Below, one piece after another: positions 39,405 to 48,466 of a stretch of 64,000 nucleotides of DNA. The notes below the pieces were generated by a model. That model made no database searches. It worked only from the letters and a program-made list of their open reading frames with translations, and had not been told where the DNA came from. The DNA lies in IMG/VR virus record IMGVR_UViG_3300005289_000052, positions 62,001 through 126,000 of that record. One strand, given 5' to 3'. How positions within the stretch are numbered: position 1 is the first letter of the stretch; each line of letters starts with the position of its first letter. Position numbers and translations under genes: made by a program.

Positions 39405-39905
39405 TTACGTGCGGTTACGACGAGCCTCAGCAACTCTGGCTTGGATGCTGTCGAAGAATGCCGTCATTTCTTCATCAGAGACTTCTGGGGTATAACCACA
39501 CATGTCTTTGGCGTAGCGGAACATGCCCCCGATCAGTTCTCGCATCTTGCGTTCGAGATCAGACGGGAAGCCACCACGGTATTCAGACGGTGTGTTCAAC
39601 GACCACTCAACAGGTTTGTTCGGGTCGTCGTAGTCGTGGATGGTGATAGTCCAGCGATGGTTACTAAACTCATCACCCACTTTAAAGAAGAACACTACGT
39701 TGTTGCAGTCAGCATCGCCGTAGTAGTTGTAGTCGTGGAAGGGTTCGTAATACTTGCGATCACGGAAATTGGTAGTCCGCAATTGCAACTCGCCCCACGA
39801 CGTAGGAACAGACCAAACCAAGTCACGAGGTAACTTGACTTTCTTGAGTCGGTCCAGTTGCTGAGCGTAAAAATGAAGTGCTGCACTGCCTTCTGAGAAA
39901 GCCAT
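39405..39905 (-). CDS. Hypothetical protein
   Basis: GGAGG RBS before MAFSEG. Confidence 0.65.
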   Translation of the reverse strand: MAFSEGSAALHFYAQQLDRLKKVKLPRDLVWSVPTSWGELQLRTTNFRDRKYYEPFHDYNYYGDADCNNVVFFFKVGDEFSNHRWTITIHDYDDPNKPVEWSLNTPSEYRGGFPSDLERKMRELIGGMFRYAKDMCGYTPEVSDEEMTAFFDSIQARVAEARRNRT

Positions 39906-39923
39906 AGAACCTCCGAACATAAA

Positions 39924-39943
39924 AGGCAGGCCGAAGCCTGCCT
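39924..39943 (-). terminator. Hairpin terminator after Nampt-like gene
   Basis: AGGCAGGC-CGAA-GCCTGCCT. Confidence 0.65.
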
Positions 39944-39955
39944 CTATGCTGTTAC

Positions 39956-41914
39956 TTAGTAGGTGGCACCGCCGAGACGCTCACGGATTTCACCGAGAGT
40001 GGTACGGTTGGTGAAGTGACTGTTCTTGAACACGGAACGCAGTTCGCCCGACGAAGTAGCCAGGGTATCGAACGACATGTCCTGTTCTTGAGACAGTACG
40101 TAGTCATCTTCTACCAGGTCTACACGCAGGAAGCCTTTCGCAGACTTCTTGGCAGTTTCGCCTTCGGTGGCTGGCGCTTTGTACAGGTCGATGAGAGTAT
40201 CTTCGATCTGGATCGCAGTGCCTTTGATAGCCTGGCCGAAAGTGTCGCGAGTGATGTACTGGTAGGTGTAGCTACCGATACCGAGTACCACGTTGCCCGA
40301 AGCGAAGGCTTTCTTCGCCAGACGACGCATGATCTCTTCGGTGCGTTGAACAGTGATGCTGTCACCGTAGATCAGACCGATGTGTTCGTCCAGCAGACGG
40401 TAGCCTTCCATGGTGGTGGTGCCACCGAAGGTTTCCCACAGGCATTCCACAGCGCCTTTCTCTTCTGGGGTCAGCACGTGCTCCACGATGTGGTAGCCAC
40501 ACTGGTAACGACCGGTCAGATCGTATTCCAGCTCGATCTCCAGCGACTTGAGGAAGCCGTAGATCATTGGCTTCACTGGGTCGTGGACTTCGGTCGGCAG
40601 ACGCTCAGGCGACAGATGACGAGTAGCAGCAGTCATGCCCTGGAAGGAGTCGACCACAGTACGACCAGCACGCTCGAGGATCGCCGCATCCAGTTCAGCC
40701 CACGAACGGTTACGATTGCGATTGATCGAATCGGTAGCACGCCACAGCTTGTGTTCGCGATCACGGAAGTAGATGTGCTTGCGACGACCGTCAGCAGGAC
40801 CACGACGGTACATCATTTGCTCAGCTTCTTCTTGGGTGAAGATCTCAGCACCACAGATGATCTCAACCGGATCACCCGAGTCAGGACGGATCACGACTTT
40901 GGCCAGACCGAGGCTGTCTTTCGGACGCGACAGGATCACGTCTTTCAGTTCAGGAACGATCTTGGTGACGACGCCCCAGAAGTCAAACGAGTCCGACACC
41001 AGAGCCACAGCACCGTTCGGGTAGACCTCGGTGATCAGACGCTTGAAGAAGCGCTTCTCGGCTTCCAGGCGCATGCGCTTGTAGCCTTCCTCGTCGACCT
41101 TCTGGTTTTTCTCTTGAAGCTGTTCGAGTTCGAAGTGCAGCTCGGAGAGGATGTTGGCCGTAGCAACGGCGTGTTCGGTAGCCGGAATCGAGCAGGCCAC
41201 GAACTCCTTCTCTACGTTCGCGCCGTAGTAGTCTTCGGCGTAGTCGATCGCAGGGATGGTGTCGGTACCGCAGAAGCTCAGCAGGTGACCGAAGGAACCA
41301 CGCACGTCTTCCAGACCGATGCCACGGAACGAGAAGTCGTGACCCTGGACGTCAACGAACTCTTTCGGAGTACCGGTGACTTGAGCCCAGTGTTTCAGGA
41401 CACGACGGTATTCGAAAGCGATGGTCGAACAGGTGACGATTTTCCAGATCAACGCCGACATCGAGGTTTCGAGGTAGTTCGTGAACCAGTAGAAGTCAGG
41501 GTGCGTGTTGTAGATGGTGTACAACGGCACGTTCATGTTGACACGTGCACCTTCCGGCAGCGCCAGTACTTCGATCGGCAGGTAGCCCAGGTCGTGCAGA
41601 CGCTCGAAACCATCAACTGGAACCTTGCCTTCGCCGAGGTAGTAGTCCATGCGGCGCTTGTAGCGCTTGATGACTTCATCTTTCGGCTTGGAGAAGAAGC
41701 TGCGCTGCCACAGCTCGTTCAGTTCTTGCAGGATACCTTGCAGACCAGCCCAGACCACCTTGTGATCCCAGAACTGCGACTTCGATACGGAACGCTCGAA
41801 CAGGCGATCAGCACGCGCCGTCAGGTTCCCGTAGGTGAAGTTGGAGCCTTTCGGGAACATTGGGCGGTGGCCGACTTTGTAACCGTCACAAACGTTGGGG
41901 GCAAACAGGTTCAT
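39956..41914 (-). CDS. nadV: Nicotinamide phosphoribosyltransferase-like protein (Nampt/Namat)
   Basis: DGYKVGH, HDFSFRG, GTDTIPA, IPATEH, VSDSFD, IRPDSGDP, GLIYGDSIT, GIGSYTYQ, KKSAKG. Confidence 0.92.
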   Translation of the reverse strand: MNLFAPNVCDGYKVGHRPMFPKGSNFTYGNLTARADRLFERSVSKSQFWDHKVVWAGLQGILQELNELWQRSFFSKPKDEVIKRYKRRMDYYLGEGKVPVDGFERLHDLGYLPIEVLALPEGARVNMNVPLYTIYNTHPDFYWFTNYLETSMSALIWKIVTCSTIAFEYRRVLKHWAQVTGTPKEFVDVQGHDFSFRGIGLEDVRGSFGHLLSFCGTDTIPAIDYAEDYYGANVEKEFVACSIPATEHAVATANILSELHFELEQLQEKNQKVDEEGYKRMRLEAEKRFFKRLITEVYPNGAVALVSDSFDFWGVVTKIVPELKDVILSRPKDSLGLAKVVIRPDSGDPVEIICGAEIFTQEEAEQMMYRRGPADGRRKHIYFRDREHKLWRATDSINRNRNRSWAELDAAILERAGRTVVDSFQGMTAATRHLSPERLPTEVHDPVKPMIYGFLKSLEIELEYDLTGRYQCGYHIVEHVLTPEEKGAVECLWETFGGTTTMEGYRLLDEHIGLIYGDSITVQRTEEIMRRLAKKAFASGNVVLGIGSYTYQYITRDTFGQAIKGTAIQIEDTLIDLYKAPATEGETAKKSAKGFLRVDLVEDDYVLSQEQDMSFDTLATSSGELRSVFKNSHFTNRTTLGEIRERLGGATY

Positions 41915-42822
41915 GCCAGAAGTCCTTGTACAGGGTGCCAGTAGATTTTGTCGTCATTGACTTCGTCAGGACGCTTGTTGTACGACGCGTTCGGGTGCCA
42001 CGAGTTGGTGGTGCGAATCTGGTCGTAGTGTTTGGTCAGTAGAGCGTAGCCTTTGGTGAACAGACCGTGAGTGACGAACAGCTCGAGAGAGCAGTAGTCA
42101 TTATCGCCGCTCACACGCATGTAGTCCGCCTCGAAAGGCTGGAGCTTCTCACGCAGAGCTTTGGCCAGCTCGATGAAGGTGAAGCCACCGTCGCAGATGT
42201 CGTCAACAACCAACCAGGTCAAACGAGGGGTTGGCTCAAACGGGATGTCGACACTGGTGCCAACGATCTTGCCGGTTTCGACGTCACGGTGTTTGGAACC
42301 GTAAGCGATACGAGTAACACCAACCAGGCGGGCCAGTTCTTCAACCTTCTTCACCGCCCCAGCGTCAGGGGCTACCAGTACAACGCGTTCCCAGGCGTGA
42401 CGACCGAGCTTAGCAACGATCTGCGGTAGGGTGATGTGGGTCAGGCGATCCAACAGAGCAGCACCGACGTCACTGTGAATGTCCAGGACCGTCACGGTGT
42501 TGTAGCGCTGGAGGTTGATGATGTCGCAGAACGGCTTGATGGTCAGCGACTCACCTGGACGTGGCACGCGGTCTTGGCGAGCGTACGGCAGGTAAGGCAT
42601 GTACAGGTGGATCTCGAGGGCTGGGTTCAGCCGACGGATCGCATCAGTGACCATGACGAGGTCCATGATGTCCACTGCGTTCTTGAGGTGAGCGGTCAGG
42701 TTGACAGCTTTCCAGCTCGCTACAGCGGGGTCGACGTACGGATGCACTTCACCGCCCGGCAACACTTTCGAGTTAGCGGGAAACGAGATGTTAACGTCCC
42801 CACGATTGCTAATCAAAATCAT
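41911..42822 (-). CDS. prs: Ribose-phosphate pyrophosphokinase-like protein (Adps candidate)
   Basis: GGEVHP, MPYLPYARQDR, LDIHS, APDAGA, VVDDICDGGFTF, VTHGLF; 4-nt overlap with Nampt-like gene. Confidence 0.88.
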   Translation of the reverse strand: MILISNRGDVNISFPANSKVLPGGEVHPYVDPAVASWKAVNLTAHLKNAVDIMDLVMVTDAIRRLNPALEIHLYMPYLPYARQDRVPRPGESLTIKPFCDIINLQRYNTVTVLDIHSDVGAALLDRLTHITLPQIVAKLGRHAWERVVLVAPDAGAVKKVEELARLVGVTRIAYGSKHRDVETGKIVGTSVDIPFEPTPRLTWLVVDDICDGGFTFIELAKALREKLQPFEADYMRVSGDNDYCSLELFVTHGLFTKGYALLTKHYDQIRTTNSWHPNASYNKRPDEVNDDKIYWHPVQGLLA

Positions 42823-42882
42823 GTGGCTTCCTTTTCTTTATTGCATACGGGTTACTCTCACCCAATACCACCACTATGTAAG

Positions 42883-42912
42883 AAAAAAAAGAGGGGACCG
42901 AAGCCCCCTCTT
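42883..42912 (-). terminator. Intrinsic terminator
   Basis: GAGGGG-AC-CGAA-GC-CCCCTC hairpin with T8 on minus strand. Confidence 0.75.
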
Positions 42913-42914
42913 GA

Positions 42915-43160
42915 TTAACCGAAGACCCTCTGCATCAGCGATCGTTTCTTCGGCGCAGGCCGGGAAGCGACAGCTAATACAGCAAGCACCGCCAGGCCAG
43001 CAATTGCTACGTTGGCTTGGGCATTGGTGTTGTTACGTTCTGTCTTCTGTTCTTCGACCTTCAATTCCAAACGGGCAAGTTCAGCTTTCCGTTCAGCAAT
43101 CTGGAGTTCGACCGAAGCCAGCTCAGTTTCTTGCGCGGTGATCAGTTGTTGCTCGCTCAT
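42915..43160 (-). CDS. Coiled-coil protein with C-terminal membrane segment
   Basis: Heptad E/K/L region then VAIAGLAVLAVLAVA; start MSEQQ by ATGA overlap. Confidence 0.6.
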   Translation of the reverse strand: MSEQQLITAQETELASVELQIAERKAELARLELKVEEQKTERNNTNAQANVAIAGLAVLAVLAVASRPAPKKRSLMQRVFG

Positions 43161-43324
43161 TTCGACCCCTTGGGCGGACGCCCTTCCATCTTGCGCCAAG
43201 TTTCATCAAGCTTCTTCATGTGCTTGGCGAGTTCTTCGTGTTTCCCTGCTTGATGTAACTCCAAGGCTTCTGAGCCCGGCATCATCAGGGTACCGTCGGA
43301 ATAACGGACTGCTTTACTGCTCAT
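43157..43324 (-). CDS. Small hypothetical protein (55 aa, not in ORF track)
   Basis: MSSKAVRYSDGTLMMPGSEALELHQAGKHEELAKHMKKLDETWRKMEGRPPKGSK fills the gap with coupled start/stop. Confidence 0.6.
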   Translation of the reverse strand: MSSKAVRYSDGTLMMPGSEALELHQAGKHEELAKHMKKLDETWRKMEGRPPKGSK

Positions 43325-43736
43325 TCATTGGGTCCTCTTCATAGATCACGATGCCCAGTTGCTGACGCTCCCAATTGAGCATAGCGACCTTCGAGAAGTC
43401 TTTGCTGGGATACATAGCCGTAGCCATGTTCTCACAAGCCTCGATCACCTCAGGGTTCATCTGCTCACCTTTAGCAGCAAACCCGCGCCCTTCCTTCAAA
43501 CAGTTCTTGGCGAAGTCACGCTTCTTCGTCATGTACTGCTCTTCCAGATACGTAGCATCGATCTGGTGGCGCTCACCTTCGGCCTTCATTTGCTGAGCAC
43601 CGTAGAACCCACCACAAACCACCACCAACATGCCCAGCGCAATAGCAAAGTTGTTGGACTGTTTACGGAGCCACTGACCGAAGGTAGCGAACAGAAGAAC
43701 CACTACGTACAACACAGCCTCACCACCCTTCTTCAT
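43314..43736 (-). CDS. Membrane protein
   Basis: Two N-terminal hydrophobic segments. Confidence 0.65.
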   Translation of the reverse strand: MKKGGEAVLYVVVLLFATFGQWLRKQSNNFAIALGMLVVVCGGFYGAQQMKAEGERHQIDATYLEEQYMTKKRDFAKNCLKEGRGFAAKGEQMNPEVIEACENMATAMYPSKDFSKVAMLNWERQQLGIVIYEEDPMNEQ

Positions 43737-44233
43737 CGGGTCACCGCCGGAGCCTGACGCGGCTGCATGTAGCGAGTGTCGTAGCCTTCTTCACCCGGCA
43801 GCAGGTTTTGTGGATCAGGGTACAGCATCTGCCAAATACGCAGATCGTTACCACCGCGCTGTTTCAACTCAGAGCAGTACAAGTTCAGCATCTGAAAAAC
43901 GTTGCACGGGAACATCGCACTGCGCATCGGGGTAGGGTCGCCATCCGAACGCTTAACGATGTCGGTACGGACACCTTCTTCTGCCTTGCCTTCCTTGATC
44001 CAAGCCTGCGCTTGGTTCTTCAACATGTTGCCCAGGATGCGGTTATCAATCACCCCGCAGATGAACAGCTCTGGCATACCGAGGCGCGACAGACCTACGG
44101 TGTACGAGTAGTTCAACCCGTTGCCACCAGCGTGCTGCGGCACACCGGAAACGCTCAGGATCGCAAACTTGTTAGCAGCGATCGAACGCTTGATGTGACG
44201 CTTCACTTGTTTCTTGGTGTCTGCAACTTTCAT
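43733..44233 (-). CDS. DUF4262-like protein
   Basis: YSYTVGL..LGMPEL, WQMLYPD..LPGE. Confidence 0.65.
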   Translation of the reverse strand: MKVADTKKQVKRHIKRSIAANKFAILSVSGVPQHAGGNGLNYSYTVGLSRLGMPELFICGVIDNRILGNMLKNQAQAWIKEGKAEEGVRTDIVKRSDGDPTPMRSAMFPCNVFQMLNLYCSELKQRGGNDLRIWQMLYPDPQNLLPGEEGYDTRYMQPRQAPAVTR

Positions 44234-44234
44234 G

Positions 44235-44747
44235 TTACTTCCTTTTAATAGGGGTTACTGTGGCGCGAGGTGCACCAAGGCGATGAGGGATCGGACCCTT
44301 GCCTTTTGGGATTTTCATCAGTTTAGCGCGACGCTTGCGAATCGCTTCGGGAACGTACATGAACAGCGCTGGCGCAGAGAAGTCAGGTTTGCCCTGCTTG
44401 ATCTGTACCAGTACCGCCATCATTTCTTCTTTGGGAGGATTCGACCAATCCATCTCGATCGTACTCGCCCCGTTCCAACGCACGCAGTTATTGGGATTAC
44501 CATCAATGAAGTTGGCGATACCCTGGCTCTTGATCGTACGTTTGATTGCAGCAGCGGTACTGTTCATCGGACCGTCCACGTTGCGGGTGGCGTAGAAACA
44601 GTAGTTGTTCAGGTCCTGACCGGAGGCAATCTCGTAATACGAGAGGTGCTCCTCGATCGGGATAGTCAACAAGAAGCAACGAGTGCCTACAAACGCATGG
44701 CTGCGGTTGGTGTGATACTCTTTCAGTCGACGAACGATCAGTGACAT
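44235..44747 (-). CDS. Hypothetical protein
   Basis: Start MSLIV, 1 nt after upstream stop. Confidence 0.6.
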   Translation of the reverse strand: MSLIVRRLKEYHTNRSHAFVGTRCFLLTIPIEEHLSYYEIASGQDLNNYCFYATRNVDGPMNSTAAAIKRTIKSQGIANFIDGNPNNCVRWNGASTIEMDWSNPPKEEMMAVLVQIKQGKPDFSAPALFMYVPEAIRKRRAKLMKIPKGKGPIPHRLGAPRATVTPIKRK

Positions 44748-44748
44748 G

Positions 44749-45147
44749 TCAGCCTTCTTTCTTTTCGTAAGCGTTGAGGATGGTGCGACATTCAACTTCG
44801 GTAGGTTGACGTGGTGGATCGTTTTCGAACATCAGCCACATGCCCTCAGTGCGACCACGGGACTTATACCAACCCACCCACAGACAAGTCGGTTGGGCGT
44901 TCATGAAGCCCTTGTCGTTTTCACGAGGAAGAGTGTCAATGTCCAACAGGCTGACGGTAGCGAAGTGTTGGTTCTCTTCGCACTGGTGGTTAATGCGGTA
45001 GTCGCCTTCACGCTCAGCCAGATCACGAATTTCGTTAGCCGTTGCGCAGTTCCAGTTATCCCCGGTGAACGGACCTTCGCGGAACCCACATTTCGGGTCA
45101 GCACCGTTCCAAGTTTTACCACGAGTCTTACAAGCTTGACATTCCAT
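44749..45147 (-). CDS. Cys-rich hypothetical protein
   Basis: CQAC, PKC, NWNC; 132 aa. Confidence 0.6.
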   Translation of the reverse strand: MECQACKTRGKTWNGADPKCGFREGPFTGDNWNCATANEIRDLAEREGDYRINHQCEENQHFATVSLLDIDTLPRENDKGFMNAQPTCLWVGWYKSRGRTEGMWLMFENDPPRQPTEVECRTILNAYEKKEG

Positions 45148-45744
45148 CTACGCTGCCCTTTTCAATTCATTTCCATAGACGTCAACCAGAGCTTGTGCTT
45201 TGGCTCGTCCTTCATCGGTGTAAAGGTTGATTCGTTTCGGGATACCAGCACGGATCGCCATCTGTAGCGCCATATTGGTTCCACCTTTAACCGTCTCAGT
45301 TTTACCAGCGGGTTTGGCCCAGTAGATAATAGCCTTAACTGGATCATTCAACGTGTCACCCAGAATCTGGAACACGTTACGAGTGTGCATGGCTTTTGCC
45401 CCACGCTTACACTTATCCCACGCAGGATGAACTTCTGATGCCATGCTGTGCGCCGTCTCCCAAGTAGGAAACTTTGTAGCATCGTAAAAGAAGTTCTTAG
45501 GGTCATGATAACGATCCCACACCCCATCCCACGCTAAGTAGATCCTGGCCTGCAAATCGTAGTACCAACGACTTTGTAACGCACCGTCATAGAAAGCACG
45601 ATCAGCGCCCTCAGCGTCACCACTACTTAAGGCATACCCTTGTGCATACAACGCTAAACTAATTTGTCGCATCAACGCCAGAATGTCCTCCGGCGTCTCA
45701 CGACTCCCCACTCCCGCAAACCACCCTCGGAAAATTGGTGGCAT
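45148..45744 (-). CDS. SLOG-superfamily (DprA/Smf-like) protein
   Basis: FAGVGSRETP, LSSGDAEGADRAF, RN..QILG, KGGT..A..A. Confidence 0.75.
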   Translation of the reverse strand: MPPIFRGWFAGVGSRETPEDILALMRQISLALYAQGYALSSGDAEGADRAFYDGALQSRWYYDLQARIYLAWDGVWDRYHDPKNFFYDATKFPTWETAHSMASEVHPAWDKCKRGAKAMHTRNVFQILGDTLNDPVKAIIYWAKPAGKTETVKGGTNMALQMAIRAGIPKRINLYTDEGRAKAQALVDVYGNELKRAA

Positions 45745-45748
45745 GGGA

Positions 45749-46048
45749 TCAGTCCTCGACTTTGTATTCCAGATACTGACTCGACGGGATCGGGCCGGTA
45801 ATCTTGAATGCAGACCAATAGTCCTTGTTGTAACGCAAGGTCACATGGTAGTAGTCGTTCACCCGACGCAACTCAATCTTTTTCAAAGACTGTCCCGGCA
45901 GGTAGTAATTGGCGCTGTCTTTGAAGAACTCGATAACTTCCGAGAACTCTTCAAAGTGAAACCGAGTATTCGGCTCCAGTGGCGAGAACTCTTGACCATC
46001 TTGTTTCAGATGGATGAGTCCAAAGGGGGGATATTGTTCAGGTCGCAT
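45749..46048 (-). CDS. Hypothetical protein
   Basis: 99 aa; start uncertain. Confidence 0.45.
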   Translation of the reverse strand: MRPEQYPPFGLIHLKQDGQEFSPLEPNTRFHFEEFSEVIEFFKDSANYYLPGQSLKKIELRRVNDYYHVTLRYNKDYWSAFKITGPIPSSQYLEYKVED

Positions 46049-46464
46049 GGTTCTATCTCGTCCATTTCTAGATTGATCAGGAGGTTGTTGTGGATGACTT
46101 CCATATGCTCCACTGAGTACGCCAAGTAACGGCCGCCCTCAAGGTACGGAACCACATAGCGATAGATTTGATTGTACAACTCTGAGACGAAGTCTACGAA
46201 CATGTGCGTTTCATAAACGGACAGGTTTAGCAGGATATCCCCAATCGCATCTTTCTCTTCGCCGTCCACTTCTTCATCATGATTCTCGTACATCATATCT
46301 AAATACAGATGGAAAAGCTGAGCCACCTGAGTACGAGTCTTGGGCGAGGGATCTTGCAAAGCGTAGGTGCAGACGAAATCCACACAGTACCAGATGTTCT
46401 TCTCGATAGCACCTGAGGCACGTTGGATCATATCACCGCAGGGAATTAAGAACCGAGCTTCCAT
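46006..46464 (-). CDS. Hypothetical protein
   Basis: 152 aa acidic; GAGG RBS. Confidence 0.65.
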   Translation of the reverse strand: MEARFLIPCGDMIQRASGAIEKNIWYCVDFVCTYALQDPSPKTRTQVAQLFHLYLDMMYENHDEEVDGEEKDAIGDILLNLSVYETHMFVDFVSELYNQIYRYVVPYLEGGRYLAYSVEHMEVIHNNLLINLEMDEIEPCDLNNIPPLDSSI

Positions 46465-46471
46465 AGGTACC

Positions 46472-46708
46472 TCACGACACGATGACGTCTCGAATAAACG
46501 GGATGTGGAAGACCATGCTGAAAATTAACGCCATTATCCACAAGACGAACTTGCAGAACATGATGTTACCCAGCTCGTGACGGAACGACCAGCGAACAGC
46601 ATGCCAGAACTCCGACCAGTCATCCTGACAGCGAGCATACGCACCGAGGTAGAAACCGCAGTTGAGAGCGATAAAGATGATAAGGAACGTCAGGAGGAAA
46701 CCGATCAT
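46472..46708 (-). CDS. Small membrane protein
   Basis: Start MIGFLL via ATGA overlap; two hydrophobic helices. Confidence 0.6.
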   Translation of the reverse strand: MIGFLLTFLIIFIALNCGFYLGAYARCQDDWSEFWHAVRWSFRHELGNIMFCKFVLWIMALIFSMVFHIPFIRDVIVS

Positions 46709-46950
46709 GGGAAGAACTTCGTGTAGTTGATATAAAGGAGGACCAGCAGGAACGGAACGTGGAGTACGACAATGCACATCCACAGGCGAACAATACTGAA
46801 CCCACGATTTTGATGCCACAACATTTCGATCTGTGCTTTCCACTCAGGCCAATCAAAGCCTAAGTCAACGTGGAAAATACGGAACGAGGCAAACAGAAAC
46901 ACAACAGACCACAACAACAGCAGGACATACGTTGGGATTTCACCAGCCAT
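46705..46950 (-). CDS. Small membrane protein
   Basis: Start MAGEI; two hydrophobic helices. Confidence 0.55.
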   Translation of the reverse strand: MAGEIPTYVLLLLWSVVFLFASFRIFHVDLGFDWPEWKAQIEMLWHQNRGFSIVRLWMCIVVLHVPFLLVLLYINYTKFFP

Positions 46951-47000
46951 TTTCTTTTGCTTCCTCAAGCATAGAAGGGCTCCCGCAGGAGCCCGAAAGG

Positions 47001-47480
47001 TTATTTGACCAGAGGGTCGAAGATACCAATCCAGTACCAGAACACACCAAGGAAGATACTGACGGCGTAGAAGGTGGCGTACGCCTTACGGTCTGCCTTT
47101 TTCAGTTCATCGATGTGTTCACGCACCGCCCAGAACTGTTTCCAGTGAGCACGTGGTTGATAGCCCACACCTTGTCTACGTGCAACCGCGTAACGGTAGA
47201 GCATGGTGATCGCGATGTAACACACAAGGATGAACACCGCAGCGTACTTCAACGCACCACTAGACAAAACCATCCCGATTAACAGTCCGTAGGAACCGAA
47301 CCACATCGCCATCTCCACCAACGGTTTCTTCAACCGCCGATCACGCAGGATAGGAGCCAGGCCTTTAAGCAGTTCCTTCGGACGAAAGCCAATCTCTTGT
47401 ACTCCACAGTACAGAGCAATACCTGCGCTAAGTAGCACAGCACACAACACACCAAACAGAGCACCGTATACAGCAGTCAT
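47001..47480 (-). CDS. Multi-pass membrane protein
   Basis: About four hydrophobic segments. Confidence 0.65.
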   Translation of the reverse strand: MTAVYGALFGVLCAVLLSAGIALYCGVQEIGFRPKELLKGLAPILRDRRLKKPLVEMAMWFGSYGLLIGMVLSSGALKYAAVFILVCYIAITMLYRYAVARRQGVGYQPRAHWKQFWAVREHIDELKKADRKAYATFYAVSIFLGVFWYWIGIFDPLVK

Positions 47481-48418
47481 TAGCGATTTCCTTTATTGTC
47501 GCCCGGTTCTTCAAATTCGTCCACCAAATGCGGACAGTCGTCGTAGCTGAACTCTTCTTGTGGCTCAGGAGGGAGTTCATCCTCATCACCATCCATAAAC
47601 AACGGGTACTCCTCGTCAATCAAAACCTCTGGGTTCCTGTCGAGGTGAGCAGCCACGTGTAGGTGACGGTACAACGGAGGCAAGAAGCGAGCGTAACGTT
47701 TGACAATCTCATCGCCCATATAGCGACGGAAGTTCCACGTGAACAGGTAGTGTGCCAATTTCCTAACTGACTCAACTCCCGCTTCTTTAAAGCTTATACT
47801 CTTGGCTCTGTTCAGATGGAGCACTTCCCGCCAGAACAGACCAAAGGCTAGGTGATACTCTTCCCAACTCATCTTGCGAGGATAGTGATCTACCCCTGCT
47901 TGGATGTGTTCGTTATTGTAATCCTTCAACAAATCTTCCAACGCATGTAAGCACGCGGTGTTCTCATTGAAGAAGTAGTTACGACCAAACTCAGCACCCA
48001 TCAGCCCGTAGTGTCCGGGTGCAGTGCGAGCCAACACATCTTTACGGGCCTTCTCTTCCTGCTGTTGCTCCATCAATTTCTCATGGACCTTGCGAGCTTC
48101 CAGAACATCTTTGATTTGATGTTCCTTCACAATGCAAGACTTGGTGATGTCAGCAGGCCCAGGCCACCCTAGGGCTTGATAGACCAACGACGAAGCATCA
48201 TCGTAGTCAACCTTAAGGTCTCGCCAAACGTGGTGTAGCAAGCGCCCAAGGAGCGTTGCCGAGATGTATTTCCTACTACGGATTTTGTCCAGTACCTCTT
48301 CTACCGCAGCCTTGTCGATGTGGGGCTCTAACACGACGTTGCGGAACTTGGATTTCTTTACTACGTGCGACTTGCCGGGACGCAGATAAAATACAGGTTG
48401 GTTCTTCTTTGAGCCCAT
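47480..48418 (-). CDS. Hypothetical protein
   Basis: 312-aa ORF. Confidence 0.7.
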   Translation of the reverse strand: MGSKKNQPVFYLRPGKSHVVKKSKFRNVVLEPHIDKAAVEEVLDKIRSRKYISATLLGRLLHHVWRDLKVDYDDASSLVYQALGWPGPADITKSCIVKEHQIKDVLEARKVHEKLMEQQQEEKARKDVLARTAPGHYGLMGAEFGRNYFFNENTACLHALEDLLKDYNNEHIQAGVDHYPRKMSWEEYHLAFGLFWREVLHLNRAKSISFKEAGVESVRKLAHYLFTWNFRRYMGDEIVKRYARFLPPLYRHLHVAAHLDRNPEVLIDEEYPLFMDGDEDELPPEPQEEFSYDDCPHLVDEFEEPGDNKGNR

Positions 48419-48466
48419 GATGTTCCATTCCAGATAGATGCGGGTCTCCGAAGAGACCCTAGAGAA

